This document shows positions 41,301 through 52,931 of a stretch of 64,000 nt of DNA, piece after piece; the first letter of the stretch is position 1; the number at the start of each line of letters is the position of its first letter. Source of the DNA: Piromyces finnis finn (lineage: Eukaryota > Fungi > Neocallimastigomycota); the NCBI GenBank assembly GCA_002104945.1, contig MCFH01000022.1, positions 1-64,000 on the forward strand, in the 5' to 3' direction. Position numbers and translations under genes: made by a program. The notes beneath the pieces were generated by a model. It was not told the origin of the DNA and searched no databases. It saw nothing but the letters and a program-made list of their open reading frames with translations.

Positions 41301-42950
41301 TATATATACTTAATAATAATTACATTATTGGAAATTGTAGTTTTTGAAACATAAATATCTTTATCATTTGTGAATACAGAAATAATACCATCTTCAACAC
41401 TCTACAAAATATTTTTTAAAAAAGACATTAAATAAATATTTATATTAAATAAATTTTATATTTAATCTCATACTTCAAATGATTTTAATTCTTCAATTGA
41501 GTTATCATTTATCTTGACTAAAATATTCTTATTATTATTAATCTCTACAATAAATAAATCACCATTTACGTGAACTAATTCTTTTATATCCTATAAAAAA
41601 ATTATTAAATATTTATATTAATGTTCTACTTATTTTTATAATTATAATTATAATTATTATTATTAAGTAGAAAATAAAGTATTACTTTATAAATTAATGA
41701 CTTTGCGAATTCCTTATTAGACTCAATAGAATATATTTTACCTTCAAAATCCTTTATAATTAAATTCTTACCAGTAAAGAAAGCATTGGATATTTCAAAT
41801 TTAACACTGGAAATAGATTTTTCATTAACAATCCTTCCATTATTATCAATAATAGTTACAATAAGTTGATCTTTTTTGTTCTTGCCAGCTATTACTATTT
41901 CATTTAGTTGTTCATTGTAGAATAATTTCGAATAGTAACTTTAAAATATTTGATAAATATATTATTTATTGTTGAATTTTTTAACAAAAAAAATAAGTTT
42001 TCCCTTTTTTTCTTAATAATATAAATATATTTCATTTTTATATGATTTAATAAATATTATTTACTTGTCATTTAATTGATATTTTCCTTCTTGACTTTTG
42101 GTTAAATTGTTTATCTTAAGGACAGTTTTACCACGAACTAAAGCATAGATGTAATTATTATGAACTAGTATATCACCATTTTCAATATTTTCATTAGAAC
42201 CTTGTTCAAGAATATATTCTCCAAATAAATAACCATTTTGACCATTCCAAATACGAACATTAGAAGTCTTTGATTCTGAAAGAGAAATAATGTCTTTATA
42301 ACAATAATAATAATTATTATTATATGAAAAAAATATTAGTAAAATTTATTAACTTTATACGATTTATTTGGTTTATTTTTAAATTGATTTGAATAAAAAA
42401 CATTTTTTTACAATTATCGAAAGGTGCAAGATTAATGAGTTTTTCATCAGGCTTTAATACTTGTCTCCAATCTTTTTTTTTTTTTTTTTACAAAAATGTA
42501 TTATATATAAATAATAAAAAAATGAAATTTACGTTAAAAAAAATATTTATTTATTTATCTATCTATTTTAAATAATTATTGTTTTCTTTTACTGATAGTA
42601 TTGGCTCTTAAATTTAAGTTAGCGATAACATTTTTTTCTGTACCAACAATTAAATTTGATCTTCCAACTATTTTTTGGAAATATGAAATTTTTGGAGTAC
42701 CAACAAGTGCTTGATACCTAATAATAACATTAAATATAGAAATATTAAAATTCAATTTGCTTCATTATACAATAGCTAATGTAGATATTTTATTAAAAAA
42801 ATAATATAAATATAATTAAAACTATAATATATATTATTATAACATATACCAATCAATAACACCAGCTTGATCTTTATAAATTGCAAAAACATTGTTAACA
42901 AACAATAAAATCGAAAAAAAAATTAAAGATAAATATTTATTTTTATACAT
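38324..42950 (-). CDS. EMC1: ER membrane protein complex subunit 1, many exons
   Basis: Signal peptide followed by AIYKDQAGVIDW. Later VWTREESLA, DVYGFRQL, VLGNRNVLYKYLNPN, YLIDTVKGSI, LESTSLVAAYGLDIFLTRRSPSNNFDILSDSFNK and a C-terminal TM (DUF1620 region). Confidence 0.92.
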
Positions 42951-43254
42951 CTTTCTATTATGTATGAATTATTGATATGTTATAATTTATGAAGTTATTA
43001 TATATATATTTAGAAAGAAAAAGAATTGTTTAGTTTTATGATTACTTTAATTTATATATAGAAAAAAAATAGCAATAAAATTACAATTGAAATTTCATAC
43101 ATTTAATATATATTTAGGAAATTATTATAGATTTTAAGAATATTAATTTTTTTTTTTTTCATATATTTTTATACATAGAAACTTTAACATTACATTATTC
43201 ATTATTGTATTCCAACAGATATTATACGTGAATTCTTTAAATTTATATGAATTA

Positions 43255-43287
<33 letters not shown>

Positions 43288-44760
43288 AATATTACTATTA
43301 TGATTTGTTTCTTTTTTTTTTTTTTCTGAATTAGATTTAATTTATTTATTTGTTTTTTATTGTTCTTGTTGTTTTAAATTATATTATTCAATATATATTT
43401 TATCTTCTACAAATAAAGGCTAAATACATTTATTACTATAATTAATAAATTGTGTGTGCAGTTGTTATTTAAGGATATAAATAGTTTATTTACTTTAATT
43501 ACTAATAATTTAATTAGTAATTCATATTATTATAACTTAAAATTACCTTTTTTTTTTTTTTTTTTTTTTTAATTTTATTTTTATAGAAAAGAAGAAAGCA
43601 ATAAATATATTATTGTATATTAAGAATTTTACAAGTATATATCATAAAATGTTAAAAATTAGACTAATAATATATAATATTGAGTGGAATATTAACAAAT
43701 TAATTTAATTAATTATTTATTTAGTTTACTTATTTATTTATTTATATATTCACTATTTCTTATTAATAAAATATTTGATCCTTCGTTTTTATTGGTTAAT
43801 TATATATAATATAATATCTTTGTATAATAAAAATGTAACAATAACCAATAGTTATTTAAATGTATACATATTATTCAAAATTAATGTATAATGTATAACA
43901 ATATATAATAAGAAATAATTAAACAAAAAACTATTTTTTGAAAACCTGAAGCGTTGAAATTCTAAAAATGAAACTGAATATAGAATGTATTATAATATCT
44001 GTAGGAGTACCAATTTAGAATAATAATTATTTTAATTCTATTAAGTTGTAATTATAAAATAAAAAACTAAATTAGACATTAAATAGTAGTTAAACGTTTA
44101 CAAATTTATAGTATATGTTATAATTTTTAACTGTATTATATAATAATTTATTAAATTTATTAAGTATAAATCAATATAATAAAATACTATATATTAATAA
44201 TTAATAATAAATTGATGTATTATTAATTTTTTTATTAATAATTTCATATTAATTTGTATAATGATTTATCAAATTACGTTACAATAAAATTTTGTTATAA
44301 ATAACTTTAATCAATAATAAATAATAAAAAATTTTCAGAATCTTAATTATTAATAAAATAGTAAAAAATAGAAAAATTTAGAAAAATCAAATAGTTTAGT
44401 AAAATAATTATAATATTACTTTTATAATTTTTATAAAAGTAATATTATAATTATAAAAATCAGATTTCAAATAAACATTACTTTTGAAATAATTAATACT
44501 TTATTTATCAATAAATTTATATAATAATAACTCTTGATTTCTCAAAAGAGAATCAAGATTATTCTTTTATATTAATTTAATACATTTTACATGGATTGGT
44601 TAAAGTGATACAACTAAATTAATGTATCTAATTAATGTATTAAATTAATGTATTTAAATAATAAATAATAAATATTAAAACTACTAATTAATAGGTGTGA
44701 AAAAAATTTATTTTATAAATAATTTTATTAATAAGGTTAATAAAGAGAAGAAAAAGTTAC

Positions 44761-45851
44761 TGTAACAACGCGAGAGACTCAGTTTAACACAACACTAATT
44801 AACTATTGTTTGTATTAATAGTATATTTTATTAATAAAATAAATTAACCTTAGAAATAATTTATAAATATTCTTATTTAATGTAAAAGTTTTATACTTTA
44901 AAACAGATTATAAAATTTTACAATAAAACAAAAACACAAAAAATAAAAAAATACAAAATAAAAAAATCTTTTAAAACTTCTCTTTTATTAATCTTATTTA
45001 GTTATTAACTAAAGTATAGTCAATAACAATTACATCGTTTAATTACGAAATTTTACATGTATTTATATTTTTTGTAAAATATATTTTAATATACTATTCT
45101 ATTTAATTATACATATATTCAATATAAAATAAACAAAACTAATTTAATACTAATTTAATTAAATAATAAAATAATAAAATAATAAAACTAAACTAAAACT
45201 AATTAAATACACTTTTGATTCAATTTGAGTAAACTACAAATAGAATACAGTCCATGTATTACCTATATATTAATTAAATATTAACAATACTATTTATTAT
45301 ATATTTACTATTAAAAAATGCTAATTTAAAACTACGCTAAAGCTATTAAACTAATTTTAATTAAATAAAAACTTTTTTAAGATTTAATTTGAATATTTAA
45401 AATATTTAAATTTAATTATCCATTAATTTAAATATTTATCCAAAATTCATTCTTAACTTTGATATTTTAAAATTAATCTTTATTTTCCATAAAATTTATA
45501 TAATAAATTTTATAAATAATTTTTCATTAAAATATCAAAATTATTATTTAATAATTATTAAATAATTTAAAGGTATTTTTTATATCTTTACATTTAATAA
45601 TTATGAATAAACATCATTCATGTTGATTAGTAAGTTCAAGTATTTAAATAAAAAAAGAAGAAATAGAAATAGACAAATATTATGGATTAAATATAGCAAT
45701 TGCTATATTTAATCCACAATATAGAGAACCCAGAGTCAAACACATGACAAGTAGGTCAGCGTCCAATAACCAATAACCTGACGGGGAAGTCATCTTGGGA
45801 AACCCCGAAATACAATTTCTTGGAAAAGGTACAAAACCTTTATACGTTACA
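44761..45851 (-). mobile_element. 3' LTR of a truncated LTR retrotransposon ('X', ~375 bp once the nested solo LTR is removed), with its polypurine tract
   Basis: Termini TGTAAC...GTTACA form an inverted repeat. On the minus strand ccgacatt-AGAAGGAGGGCA-t lies immediately before TGTAACG (PPT ~45853-45864), the same layout as cgactt-AGAGAGAGAGA-t-TGT in the chromovirus. It is interrupted by 44881-45592. Confidence 0.65.
44881..45592 (-). mobile_element. Solo LTR (712 bp), diverged relative of the chromovirus LTR, with a 5-bp TSD TTTAA
   Basis: Starts TGTAAAGATAT on the minus strand like the chromovirus LTR and ends ..TTTACA. TTTAA flanks both sides (44876-44880, 45593-45597). It shares the blocks aataacaattacatcg, ttcaatttga and ccatgtatt with the chromovirus LTR. 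Confidence 0.8.
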
Positions 45852-45889
45852 ATGCCCTCCTTCTAATGTCGGATTTCAGACGACATTGA

Positions 45890-46045
45890 ACATTTATATT
45901 ATATTATAACTATTTATTTCTTATATATTATTATTTAAAACCTACACTAAAATCTTAATTATTAATAAATATTTAAACTATAACTATTTTTAGTAAAATA
46001 CAATTGGCAATTCAAATTAAGTATTATTCAATTTGAATATGTGCC
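45890..46045 (-). mobile_element. Internal fragment (156 bp) of a chromovirus-family LTR
   Basis: Near-identical direct copy of 46227-46382. It lacks both LTR termini. Confidence 0.85.
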
Positions 46046-46947
46046 TGTAATGTTGAATGCTGAAAGAATACATTAGGATATCTATTCTATTACAATAACA
46101 CAAAAATTTGAAAAATAAAATAAAAAATTGTTTTATAAAATATCTTTTATTATAATAGAATTTTAATAATAACAATTACATCGATAAAATGATGAAAAAT
46201 ATCTTCTATTTATATTTTTCCTAAATACATTTATATTATATTATAACTATTTATTTCTTATATATTATTATTTAAAATCTACACTAAAATCTTAATTATT
46301 AATAAATATTTAAACTATAACTATTTTTAGTAAAATACAATTGGCAATTCAAATTAAGTATTATTCAATTTGAATATGTGCCCATGTATTATTGATATAT
46401 TAATCATTTATTATTTATCTATTTCTATAAAAAAACAATACTAAAACTAGGGATTTAAATTGAGAATATTAATTTACTTGTTAAACATTAAAAATAAATT
46501 AATAATTTATTGTAAAGATATCAAACGCCTCTGTTTGATATCTTTAATGTAACTTAAGCCACAAGTATTATTGTTTAAGTTACACAAATTATATTCAGAA
46601 AAAGAAAATGAGACATAATTTATTTATTAATAATTAAAGTTTAAAACAAAATAAATTATTAATTTATTTTTAATGTTTAACAAGTAAATTAATATTCTCA
46701 ATTTAAATCCCTAGTTTTAGTATTGTTTTTTTTATAGAAATAGATAAATAATAAATGATTAATATATCAATAATACATGGGCACATATTCAAATTAAATG
46801 GTACTTGATTTGAATTGCCAATTGTATTTTACTAAAAATAGTTATAGTTTAAATATTTATTAATAATTAAGATTTTAGTGTAGATTTTAAATAATAATAT
46901 ATAAGAAATAAATAGTTATAATATAATATAAATGTATTTAGGAAAAA

Positions 46948-46993
46948 TATAAATAGAAGATATTTTTCATCATTTTATCGATGTAATTGTTAT
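46948..46993 (+). promoter_or_regulatory. Predicted LTR promoter: TATAAATA (46948-46955) and inferred transcription start at 46983
   Basis: The TATA element lies 35 nt upstream of GTAATTGTTAT, the 11-mer complementary to the PBS position. Confidence 0.5.
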
Positions 46994-47117
46994 TATTAAA
47001 ATTCTATTATAATAAAAGATATTTTATAAAACAATTTTTTATTTTATTTTTCAAATTTTTGTGTTATTGTAATAGGTTAGATATCCTAATCTATTCGGTT
47101 TAGTGTCTGACTTTACA

Positions 47118-47128
47118 ATAACAATTAC
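47118..47128 (+). promoter_or_regulatory. Non-tRNA primer-binding site ATAACAATTAC (predicted self-priming)
   Basis: Directly follows the 5' LTR, has no TGG, and is the exact reverse complement of LTR 46983-46993. Confidence 0.7.
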
Positions 47129-47540
47129 CTAAAAGAAGAGTAACGAATACGTTAGGGTATCAAGAAGAACTTTTGGAGAACTCTACTTGAAGGAATAGAA
47201 GAAATTTAAAAAAAAAAATTCTAGGGCTACCTGAGGAAGATTATCAAGAACTTTGGAACATTCTGCCGGACTACAAGAAGATTTTAATCTGTCGGAACAT
47301 TTTTCAAATATTTTACACTGTAAGGGCTAATATTACGGCTGAAACTTGGAACTAACATTAGTTGATAACTTGTTCGACACTGTAATTATACAGAGAGAGT
47401 CTGTAATAACTTATTAACTTATTGTTAGAAGACGAAAATTTTAGTTAAAAAAAAATATATATTACTTACTTGGAATAATAGTAAGAAACACGCGTTTTTA
47501 TTTTTTTTAAATTTTTAATTCTCTGTGTTTTGAATTAGAG

Positions 47541-48242
47541 TTGGAGGAATTAATTAATACTTTTGATAATTTAAATTTAGAAGGAATGGAAGCAAGAGGT
47601 GGTGGTTCTTCAGTAAATTCAGGGAACATTATTAATGCTCCCCCGTTGTTTACTGGTAGACATAGAGATTTAGATGGGTTTTTAACTAGAGTAGAATTGG
47701 TATTTCGAACTCGACCGGCACTGTACAATACAGATCGCGTCCGGGTTGATTTCGTTATTTCCTACTTCTCTGGTAGACCCCTGGAGTGGGCATCATCACT
47801 TATGAGGAATAATAGTAATGTATTGAACCGTTATGATGAATTTATAGATCGACTCAGGGCTAATTTCGGTAGTGATCGATATGACACCGTTGTTGCAAAC
47901 GGTAAACTCGATAACATTAGACAAAGAAAACTTGGTCAAGTAGTTGATTATATCACCGAGTTTCAACGAGTTAGCCAAAATTCTAGCTTCAACGAAAGTG
48001 CTAAGATCTATATGTTTCTGAAAGGTTTAAATCCATTACTCAGAGAAAAATTGGCGTTCGTTGAAACAAACCCATCATCTTTGGAACAGTTAATATCTTC
48101 AACCATATTAGTTGAAGATATGATGAAAAGGAATTCTTTGAGTGAATTTTATTTTAATAATAGAAGGGCTAATGATCCTATGGATGTTGACGTTTTTAGA
48201 ATTAGTGCTGAAAAGAAGCGTAAACGTTTCGTAAACATTTAA
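47541..48242 (+). CDS. Chromovirus Gag (capsid-like retrotransposon gag domain), ending at an in-frame TAA upstream of the zinc knuckle
   Basis: PPLFTG...LDGFLTRVELVF, FVISYFSGRPLEWA, YITEFQ, FLKGLNP..REKL and PMDVD motifs. First ATG at 47586. Confidence 0.9.
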   Translation: MEELINTFDNLNLEGMEARGGGSSVNSGNIINAPPLFTGRHRDLDGFLTRVELVFRTRPALYNTDRVRVDFVISYFSGRPLEWASSLMRNNSNVLNRYDEFIDRLRANFGSDRYDTVVANGKLDNIRQRKLGQVVDYITEFQRVSQNSSFNESAKIYMFLKGLNPLLREKLAFVETNPSSLEQLISSTILVEDMMKRNSLSEFYFNNRRANDPMDVDVFRISAEKKRKRFVNI

Positions 48243-51200
48243 GGAACTAGTAATAATTATGATAAAAGCCCGAGAACATTTGAGGAAGAAAGGAAAAAGG
48301 GGGTTTGCTTTTTGTGTAAAAATCCAGGGCATTTTAAATTTAATTGTCCAAACAGAGTAAAACCCAAGAAAGTTTTTAGAATTATTAAGGAAAAAACCCC
48401 TAAAATTGTTGAATCAAAAATTTACAAAGTAGGAGTAATGAATAAAAAAGATGATTTGAACTTCATTGACTTTTATTTAAGTACTAATGAGGTTCCTGAA
48501 GCAAAAATTAAGGTGTTGATTGATTCTGGTTCTGAGTTAAATTTTATTAACCCGGATATTGCTAAGAATCTCGGTATTAAATTTGAGAATGTTGACCCAT
48601 TCCGTGTTTCCGGGGTCAATGATGGAATTTCAAGAGTCTGGGAAAAGTCGGAGAAATGTATGTTAAGATGCAGGAACCACAACGAAGTTATTCAATTGTA
48701 TGGTTTAAAGGTTCCTGGAGTGGATGTTATTCTTGGATTACCTTGGATCAAAAAGCACAATCCTGAAGCTTTTTATGATCCTAAGAAAATTGCTTTTAGT
48801 TCAGGTTATTGTGCTAGACACTGTAATCATGGAAAAAGAAAAAGGAAGCAAAGAAAGAAGTCTCAAAAAGGCCAACTGGATCATGACGTCCTTGACCGAA
48901 GTCTAACAAAAAAAGTTAAAACTGACTCTACAACTCCTTTAAAAAATCCTAAAGAAAAGGAGTATGTTAAAGGCCGCCTGGTAAGAACTATTAACGAAGA
49001 AGATGATAATGAAGATGAATTTATTAATAAAAAAGTTAAATGTATTGTAACAAAAATTAATGAAATATGTAATAATGATAATGAATCATGTAATAATAAT
49101 AATAATAATAATAATGAAAAAGATATTAATAAAGATAGATTGGTCGCCGTACCAACCCAATATTTAGAATTTAGTGAAGTGTTTAATGAAAAAAATTGTG
49201 AAGTGTTACCTCCTCATAGACCTTATGATTGTGAAATCAAACTTAAAGATGATTCGACTTTATTTTATGGACCTTTGTATCCATTAACTGAAGTTGAAAG
49301 AGAGGAACTTAAAAAATATATTGATGATAATTTAAATAAAGGTTTTATTAGGAAATCATCGTCTCCTGCTGGTGCCCCAATTTTATTTGTTAAAAAGAAG
49401 GATGGCTCCCTAAGACTTTGTATCGATTATAGAAAGTTGAATGATATTACCATTCGTAATTCATATCCTTTACCTTTAATTAGTGACCTTTTGGATAGGG
49501 TGAAAAATGCTAAGATTTTTACTAAATTAGACCTTAAATCCGCCTATAATCTTGTTCGTATTAAAGAAGGTGACGAATACAAAACGGCTTTTCGTACTAG
49601 ATATGGCCATTTTGAATATTTGGTTATGCCTTTTGGATTAAAGAATGCACCTGCAACTTTTCAACACTTCATTAACGATGTTCTTAGTGACTATTTGGAT
49701 AATTTTGTTATCTCATATATTGACGATATTCTTATTTATTCTAATAATATCGAAGAACATCATGAGCATGTTAAAAAGGTACTTAAGAAACTACTTGAAA
49801 ATAATCTTTATGTTAAATTAGAAAAATGTGAGTTTGATGTTGAGAAAACCACTTTTCTTGGTTATGTCATTTCAAAGGATGGATTGCAAATGGATGAGAA
49901 TAAAATTAAAGCAATTCTCGATTGGCCGGTTCCCAAGAATGTTAAAGAGGTTCAGTCTTTTATTGGTTTATGCAACTATTACAGAATTTTTATTAAAGAC
50001 TTTGCTAAAATTGCAAACCCTCTTCACAAACTCACTAGAAAGAATGTTGCTTTTAACTGGGTGAAAGAAGATCAGGACGCTTTTATTTTATTAAAATCTC
50101 TGTTCACGTCAGCTCCTATTCTGAAACATGCGGATAGTAATAAACAATTTATTGTAGAAACTGATGCTAGTAATTATGCTGTCGGTGCTATTCTCTCTCA
50201 AGAATTTGATGGCAAATTACATCCTATTGCATTTCTTTCTAAAAGTTTGACGAGTTGTCAAAGAAACTATCCTATATATGACAAGGAACTTTTAGCTATT
50301 GTAATTGCTCTTGAAGAATGGCGTCATTATTTAGAAGGTGCACGCCATCCGTTCATAATTTATACTGATCACAAGAATTTAACATTTCCTAGAAAACCTG
50401 AAATGTTATCTCAGAGACAAATTAGATGGAATTTGTTCTTATCCAGATTTGATTTTAAACTCATTTATAGAGCTGGAAAGAAATCCGGTAAGCCTGATAT
50501 CCTGTCTCGTAGAAGTGACCATTTAGAGAATAATATTAATTCTGATGTTTCTTGTCTTACTATTTCGTTTCATCATAGCGATAACAAACCGTTAATCGAT
50601 TCTATTTTATTAGAACTTAAAAATGACGATTTGTATAATTCTATTGTCCAATTTAAAATGAATGGTTCTGCATGTAATGCACCTATTAAAAATATTGATA
50701 AAGTTATTATTGATAATGAAGGATTTTTGTTATATAATAATCTTATTTATGTTCCTAAATCTCTTAGGACAAGAGTTTTGGAACTTCATCATGATTCTGT
50801 TGCTGCTGGTCATTTCGGTATTAAGAAAACCACTGAACTGATCTCCAGAAACTTTTGGTGGCCAAGGTTTCATTCAGACGTTAAATCTTTTATCAAATCT
50901 TGCGTGACTTGTTGCAAATCCAAAGTCCCCAGACATAAGCCTTATGGATTGTTATCCCCCTTGGACACTCCCAGTAGGCCCTGGTCTGATATTTCTATTG
51001 ATTTTATTGTTGATCTTCCTAAGTCCAGAGATATGACAACTCTCATGGTTGTTGTCGATAGATTTACTAAATTTGCTCACGCCATTCCTTTACGTTGTCT
51101 TCCTACTGCTTCGATTGCTGCTGATGCTTTTATTGCTAATGTCTTCCGTTTGCATGGTCTTCCTGATTCCATCATTTCTGATAGAGGCTCGCAATTTACT

Positions 51201-52143
51201 TCTGACTTTTGGTCAAGACTTTGTGACCTTCTTAATATCAATCATTCATTATCAACTGCCAACCATCCGCAGACAGATGGTCAAACGGAGAGGGTGAACG
51301 GCATATTAGAACAATATTTCCGTTGTTTTATAAATAAAAAACAGAATAACTGGGTTGATCTTATCCCATTTGCTGAATTTGCATATAATAATACTTTACA
51401 ACAATCTATAAATCAATCCCCATTCTTTGCTAATTATGGTTTTCATCCAAAGTTCAGCTTAGAAATTCCAGCTAATGATAGACCTAGTAGAGCTGAACAA
51501 AGAGTAATTGATATGAATGAAAACTTTAAATTATTAAAAGAAAACTTAGAAAAAGCAAAAGAAACATATAAGAAATATGCCGATATGAAGAGAATGATTC
51601 CCCCGGAGTTCGAAGTGGGAAAGAAGGTATGGTTATTGAAAGATTCTCCTGGAACTAACTTAAAGAAAAAATTAGCACCTCAAATGCTTGGTCCATTTGA
51701 GATAATTGAAAAAAGTTAGTTCTCTCGCTTTCAAATTGAAACTTCCAAAGACAATGAGATGTCATCCAGTCTTTCATGTCTCATTGTTAGAACCATACTT
51801 TGAAAACGAGTTTAACGACAGGTCTAATCGTAGGAAGAGGAACATTCACCTTAACACAGATTTAATTGAAAAAATTCCAGAGAAAATTGAAAAGATGAAA
51901 TCTGTTAATGGTGAAACATTTTATAAGTTATCATGGAAAGGATTTGACAAATCCACTTGGATTTCTGAAGATCAGATTCCAGATAAACAATTAATACAAG
52001 AGTTTGAAAGAAACTCTAAAAAGTCAAAAAATAAGTCGAACGACTCCTCCATGAAAATTAGAAAGAATAAAGTTGGTAATCTAATCAAGCACAGATACCA
52101 ACCATTTGTAATTGAAATTCCTTCGAGAAAAGATTACTTATAA
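48243..52143 (+). CDS. Chromovirus NC knuckle-Pol (PR, RT, RNase H, integrase, chromodomain). In frame with gag; one apparent +1 frameshift at ~51709-51714
   Basis: [115 protein letters not shown], then [17 protein letters not shown] (chromo). Confidence 0.95.
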
Positions 52144-52931
52144 ATTAATCTCGCAGGAGCTCGACTTAGAGAGAGAGATTGTAAAGATATCAAACGCTTC
52201 TGTTTGATATCTTTAATGTAACTTAAGCCACAAGTATTATTGTTTAAGTTACACAAATTATATTCAGAAAAAGAAAATGAGACATAATTTATTTATTAAT
52301 AATTAAAGTTTAAAACAAAATAAATTATTAATTTATTTTTAATGTTTAACAAGTAAATTAATATTCTCAATTTAAATCCCTAGTTTTAGTATTGTTTTTT
52401 TTATAGAAATAGATAAATAATAAATGATTAATATATCAATAATACATGGGCACATATTCAAATTAAATGGTACTTGATTTGAATTGCCAATTGTATTTTA
52501 CTAAAAATAGTTATAGTTTAAATATTTATTAATAATTAAGATTTTAGTGTAGATTTTAAATAATAATATATAAGAAATAAATAGTTATAATATAATATAA
52601 ATGTATTTAGGAAAAATATAAATAGAAGATATTTTTCATCATTTTATCGATGTAATTGTTATTATTAAAATTCTATTATAATAAAAGATATTTTATAAAA
52701 CAATTTTTTATTTTATTTTTCAAATTTTTGTGTTATTGTAATAGGTTAGATATCCTAATCTATTCGGTTTAGTGTCTGACTTTACATTTATTTTGTTTTA
52801 AACTTTAATTATTAATAAATAAATTATGTCTCATTTTCTTTTTCTGAATATAATTTGTGTAACTTAAACAATAATACTTGTGGCTTAAGTTACATTAAAG
52901 ATATCAAACAGAGGCGTTTGATATCTTTACA

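Larger units (their letters stand above)
46511..52786 (+). mobile_element. Full-length Ty3/Gypsy chromovirus (Tf1/sushi-like) LTR retrotransposon, 6276 bp, TSD TTTAT
   Basis: 607-bp LTRs at 46511-47117 and 52180-52786 (TG...CA, one mismatch seen). TTTAT on both sides, PPT AGAGAGAGAGA at 52168-52178, and gag-PR-RT-RH-IN-chromodomain order. Confidence 0.97.
46046..52931 (-). mobile_element. Chromovirus-family LTR (~605 bp) split into 46046-46510 and 52792-52931 by the insertion of the full-length element
   Basis: The two pieces join through the duplicated TTTAT into the reverse complement of the 607-bp LTR. It has a variant U5 end (tgtaatgttgaatgctg...) and a 4-nt variant patch. Confidence 0.92.
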
